Shown here in pieces: positions 27,770 to 32,000 of a stretch of 32,000 nucleotides of DNA. The position numbers and the translations under genes were made by a program. Positions within the stretch are counted from its first letter, which is position 1, and the number at the start of each line of letters is the position of its first letter. The notes beneath the pieces are model-generated. The model was not told where the DNA came from, searched no databases, and saw nothing but the letters and a program-made list of their open reading frames with translations. The stretch comes from Synechocystis sp. PCC 6803 substr. PCC-P (GTDB lineage Bacteria > Cyanobacteriota > Cyanobacteriia > Cyanobacteriales > Microcystaceae), in contig NC_017039.1 in the NCBI RefSeq assembly GCF_000284455.1, positions 450,001-482,000 on the forward strand, read 5' to 3'.

Positions 27770-30700
27770 CTAACTCCCCCCAATGCGAGCCACATCCTTG
27801 GCATTCTCCTCAAACGCCGCATTCAAAGCATCATCGCCGCTCAAACCCGCTTCTAGCGCTTTTTTGATGGCTTGCAATACCCGTTTATAATCCCGAGGCA
27901 TTACCTTAACGAATTTGGGAATACTCGCTTCCCAATCTGCTAAAACAGCTTTACCTTTGGCGCTGTCGGTGTAGTTAACATGGTTCTGGATTAACTCTTT
28001 GAGATCCTTAATTTCTTCGGGATCTTCTAGTTTTTCTAAACCCACCATGGCGGAATTGCAACGGGTGGCAAAATCCCCAGTTTCATCGAAGATGTAGGCC
28101 ACACCACCACTCATGCCCGCCGCAAAGTTTCGTCCTGTTTGACCAAGAACCACGACTTTACCGCCGGTCATATATTCGCAACCATGATCGCCCACCGCTT
28201 CCACCACCGTATTGACGCCGGAATTGCGGACACAGAACCGTTCCCCCACCATGCCGGAAATATAAACTTCCCCAGCAGTGGCGCCATAGAGACAAACATT
28301 ACCGGCAATGATGTTTTCCGAAGCGATAAAACTAGAGCCTTTGGGGGGATAGACAATAATTTTGCCGCCGCTCAATCCTTTACCCAGGTAATCGTTGGCA
28401 TCCCCTTCCAGTTCCAGGGTCATGCCCTTGGGAATAAAGGCCCCAAAACTTTGCCCCGCACTGCCTTGGAAATGGAGATGGACAGTATCTTCCGGTAAAC
28501 CTTCCCAATGGCGTTTGGTGATTTCGTTGCCGACAATGGTGCCCACCACCCGGTTGATATTGGTAATGGGTAAAGTGGCGGTGACTTTTTCCCCTTTGGC
28601 GATCGCCGGTTGGCAGAGATCCAATAACTGGGTGATGTCGAGGGAATGCTGAAGACCATGATCCTGGGGAATTTGGCAATAACGACCCACATCGTCCCCT
28701 ACTTCCGGCTGATGGAGAATAGTGGAAAGATCAATGCCTTTTGCTTTCCAGTGAGCTACGGCCTTTTTCGGTTCCAGAATATCGGTGCGACCAACCATTT
28801 CGTTAATGGTGCGGAAACCCAGTTGGGCCATCACTTCCCGCAGTTCCGTGGCAATAAAGGTCATAAAGTTGACCGCATGGGCCGGATCGCCGGTGAATTT
28901 GGCCCGCAGTTCCGGATTTTGGGTGGCAATGCCCACGGGACAGGTATTTAAATGACAGGCCCGCATCATAATGCACCCCAGGGATACCAGCGGCGCAGTC
29001 GAAAACCCAAACTCTTCCGCCCCCAGTAAAGCGGCGATAGCCACGTCCCGGCCAGTTTTCATTTGCCCATCGGTTTCCACCACAATACGGGAACGGAGAT
29101 TGTTCAACACCAAGGTTTGATGGGTTTCCGCTAGGCCCAATTCCCAGGGCAACCCAGCATGTTTAATGGAAGTTTGGGGTGATGCTCCGGTTCCTCCGTC
29201 ATAGCCAGACACTAGCACCACATCGGCATGGGCCTTAGCCACCCCAGCGGCGATCGTGCCCACCCCGACTTCCGACACCAGTTTGACGTTAATGCGGGCT
29301 TCCCGGTTAGCATTTTTCAGGTCGTGGATTAATTCCGCCAAATCTTCAATGGAATAAATGTCATGGTGGGGCGGGGGAGAAATTAAACCTACGCCGGGAG
29401 TGGAATGACGCACTTTGGCGATCCAGGGATAAACTTTTTTGCCGGGTAGCTGACCCCCTTCCCCAGGTTTTGCACCCTGGGCCATTTTGATTTGAATTTC
29501 CTTTGCTTGGGAGAGGTACAAACTGGTCACTCCAAAGCGCCCGGAAGCCACCTGTTTAATGGCACTGTTTTTGGAATCTCCCTGATCGTTAGTCCAGGTA
29601 AACCGTTCCGGATCTTCCCCCCCTTCCCCAGTGTTGGACTTACCACCAATGCGATTCATGGCGATCGCCAGGGATTCATGGGCTTCTTTGGAGATGGAGC
29701 CGTAGCTCATGGCCCCGGTTTTAAAGCGTTTCATGATCGCTTCAATGGGTTCCACTTCTTCGAGGGGAATAGATTCTCGGTCTTGGAAATCCAGTAAGCC
29801 CCGCAGGGTAAAGAACTTTTGGTTTTGTTCATTAACCAGGGCGGCGTACTGTTTATAAAGCTCGTAATTACCTTCCCGCACCGCCCGTTGTAATAAATGA
29901 ATGGTTTGGGGACTAAATAAATGCTCTTCCCCATCCTTCCGCCATTGGTACTCACCCCCTACATCAAGGGTATGCAAATCACCAGGGCGAGGAGCAAAGG
30001 CATGTTGATGGCGCAAAATAGCTTCCTGGGCAATTACACCTAAATCAGAACCTTGGATGCGGGAAGAAGTGCGGCAGAAATATTCATCAATCACACTCTG
30101 ATTTAAGCCCACCGCTTCAAAAATTTGGGCACCTCGGTAACTTTGGATGGTGGAAATGCCGATTTTAGAAGCAACTTTAATTACCCCTTTGGTGGCGGCT
30201 TTGATATAGTTTTTGCAAGCGGTTTTGTGATCCACATTAACCAGTAAACCTTCGGCGATCATACCGTCCAAAGTTTCAAAAGCTAAGTAAGGATTAATGG
30301 CTCCACAACCGTAACCGAGTAGGACAGCAAAATGATGCACTTCCCTCGGTTCCCCAGATTCCAATACTAGACCCACCTTGGTACGGGAACCGTTGCGAAT
30401 CAAATGGTGATGTAACCCCGACACCGCCAGCAGAGCAGGGATAGCCGCTTTTTCCGCACTAACTTGGCGATCGCTGAGAATGATTAGGTTAGCTCCTTGG
30501 GAAATGGCCTGGTCAGCTTCCGTAAACAAATTATCTAACGCAGTTTTAAGGCCCGCTTCCCCTTGGTTCGGATCAAACAAAATGTCTAGGGTGACGGATT
30601 TAAATTCATCGTCGTCTAACGCTTTGAGCTTAGCTAGATCTTCGTTGGTTAAAATGGGAGTTTTCAACTCAATTAAGCGGCAACTTTCTGGCCGAGGATC

Positions 30701-32000
30701 AAGCAAATTACCTTCACCACCAATGGTGGTTTCTGCGGAAGTAATAATTTCTTCCCGAATGGAATCAATGGGGGGATTGGTAACCTGGGCAAATAATTGT
30801 TGGAAATAGTTGTAGAGTAATTTGGGCTTGTCAGATAGTACAGCCAACGGAGTATCCGCCCCCATGGAACCGATCGCCTCCACCCCATCCCGACCCATGG
30901 GAGCTAGGAGAATACGCAATTCCTCAAAGGTGTAACCAAAGGCCATTTGCCGTTGCCGTAAACTTTCTGCATCGGTGCCAGGAACATTGCCGGGGGAGGG
31001 TAATTGCTCCAGGGATTTCAAATTAGCCGCTAGCCATTCACCGTAGGGATGCTGACTGACAATCTCCTGCTTAATTTCTTCGTCGGCAATGATGCGCCCC
31101 TGTTCCATATCCACCAAGAACATCCGCCCTGGTTGTAGGCGACCTTTCTTGGCCACCCGCTCCGGTTCAATGGGCAATACTCCTGCTTCGGAGGCCATAA
31201 TCACCAGATCATCTTTGGTGACGTAGTAGCGGGAAGGACGCAAACCATTACGATCCAACACTGCCCCCATCATTTTGCCGTTGGTGAAGGCAATGGAGGC
31301 CGGGCCATCCCAGGGTTCCATCAAACAGGAATGGTATTTATAAAACGCTTTCTTTTCCTGACTCATGGATTCGTGGGCACTCCAGGGTTCGGGAATCATC
31401 ATCATCACCGCATGGGGTAGGGAGCGGCCAGCCAGATAAAGCAGTTCCAACGCATTATCAAAAATGGTGGAATCACTGCCGTCAATGTTAATCACCGGCT
31501 GAACCTTGGCCATATCTTCCCCAAACAGGGACGATTCAAACAGGGCCTGGCGGGCCTGCATCCAGTTGACGTTGCCCCGCATGGTATTGATTTCGCCATT
31601 ATGGGCAATGTAGCGGTAGGGGTGGGAGCGCTCCCAACTGGGAAAGGTATTAGTGCTAAAGCGGGAATGGACAAGGGCCAGGGCACTTTCCATGTCCGGG
31701 TCATGCAATTCCGGATAATACTGCCCCACCTGGGCTGTGGTCAGCATCCCCTTATAAACCAACGTCCGAGCCGATAAACTAGCCACATACCAATAGGTAT
31801 CAATTTTCGGCGATCGGATTGCCCCGTGGGTCAACTTACGGATTACGTATAATTTGCGCTCAAAGTCCAGGTCATCAGTCAAGCCTTCCGGCCGGGCAAT
31901 GTAAACCTGTTGCATAAACGGTTCACTGGCGATCGCCGTTTCCCCCAGGGGTTCGTTCTGAGTAGGAATGTCCCGCCAACCCAAAACTTTTAAGCCTTCT
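27770..32000 (-). CDS. gltB: Glutamate synthase large subunit, 5' end beyond the window
   Basis: '[13 protein letters not shown]', '[29 protein letters not shown]', C-terminal beta-helix '[14 protein letters not shown]...[11 protein letters not shown]'. Frame continues upstream through 32000 ([10 protein letters not shown]). Confidence 0.93.

Noticed and set aside
27770-31984. Numerous small ORFs antisense to gltB (for example 28139-28498 +, 29492-29797 +, 30480-30809 +)
   Set aside because: All lie inside a well-supported glutamate synthase CDS and read as low-complexity antisense translations.

Overview
The window is ordinary cyanobacterial chromosome. Gene content and order (nhaS4-pxcA-gifB-parA-hspA-ccsA-lipA-ycf20-psaM-lpxC-ftsH-gltB), together with about 32 HIP1 palindromes (GCGATCGC), fit Synechocystis sp. 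PCC 6803 or a very close relative; this is recalled knowledge, no search was run. Housekeeping, photosynthesis and stress genes occupy roughly 0.8-23.0 kb and 27.8-32 kb. Between ftsH and gltB (about 23.1-27.75 kb) lies an accessory island. It holds a decayed IS5-like element, a vapBC module with a frameshifted vapC, a RelE/YafQ-type toxin-antitoxin pair, a HepT/MntA (HEPN/nucleotidyltransferase) pair, and a 508-aa stand-alone reverse transcriptase of the Abi/UG (defence RT) type. The RT gene is preceded by an intergenic region that can form an imperfect hairpin, which makes it the best candidate for an uncharacterised system. Regulatory elements read from sequence include a glutamine riboswitch (glnA RNA motif) and an NtcA-type site at gifB, an hspA (hsp17) RNA thermometer, an HLR1-like repeat before psaM, an 11-bp-phased CTTAA repeat array before an EAL-domain gene, and a possible MITE at about 4.6 kb whose ends resemble those of the IS5-like remnant.
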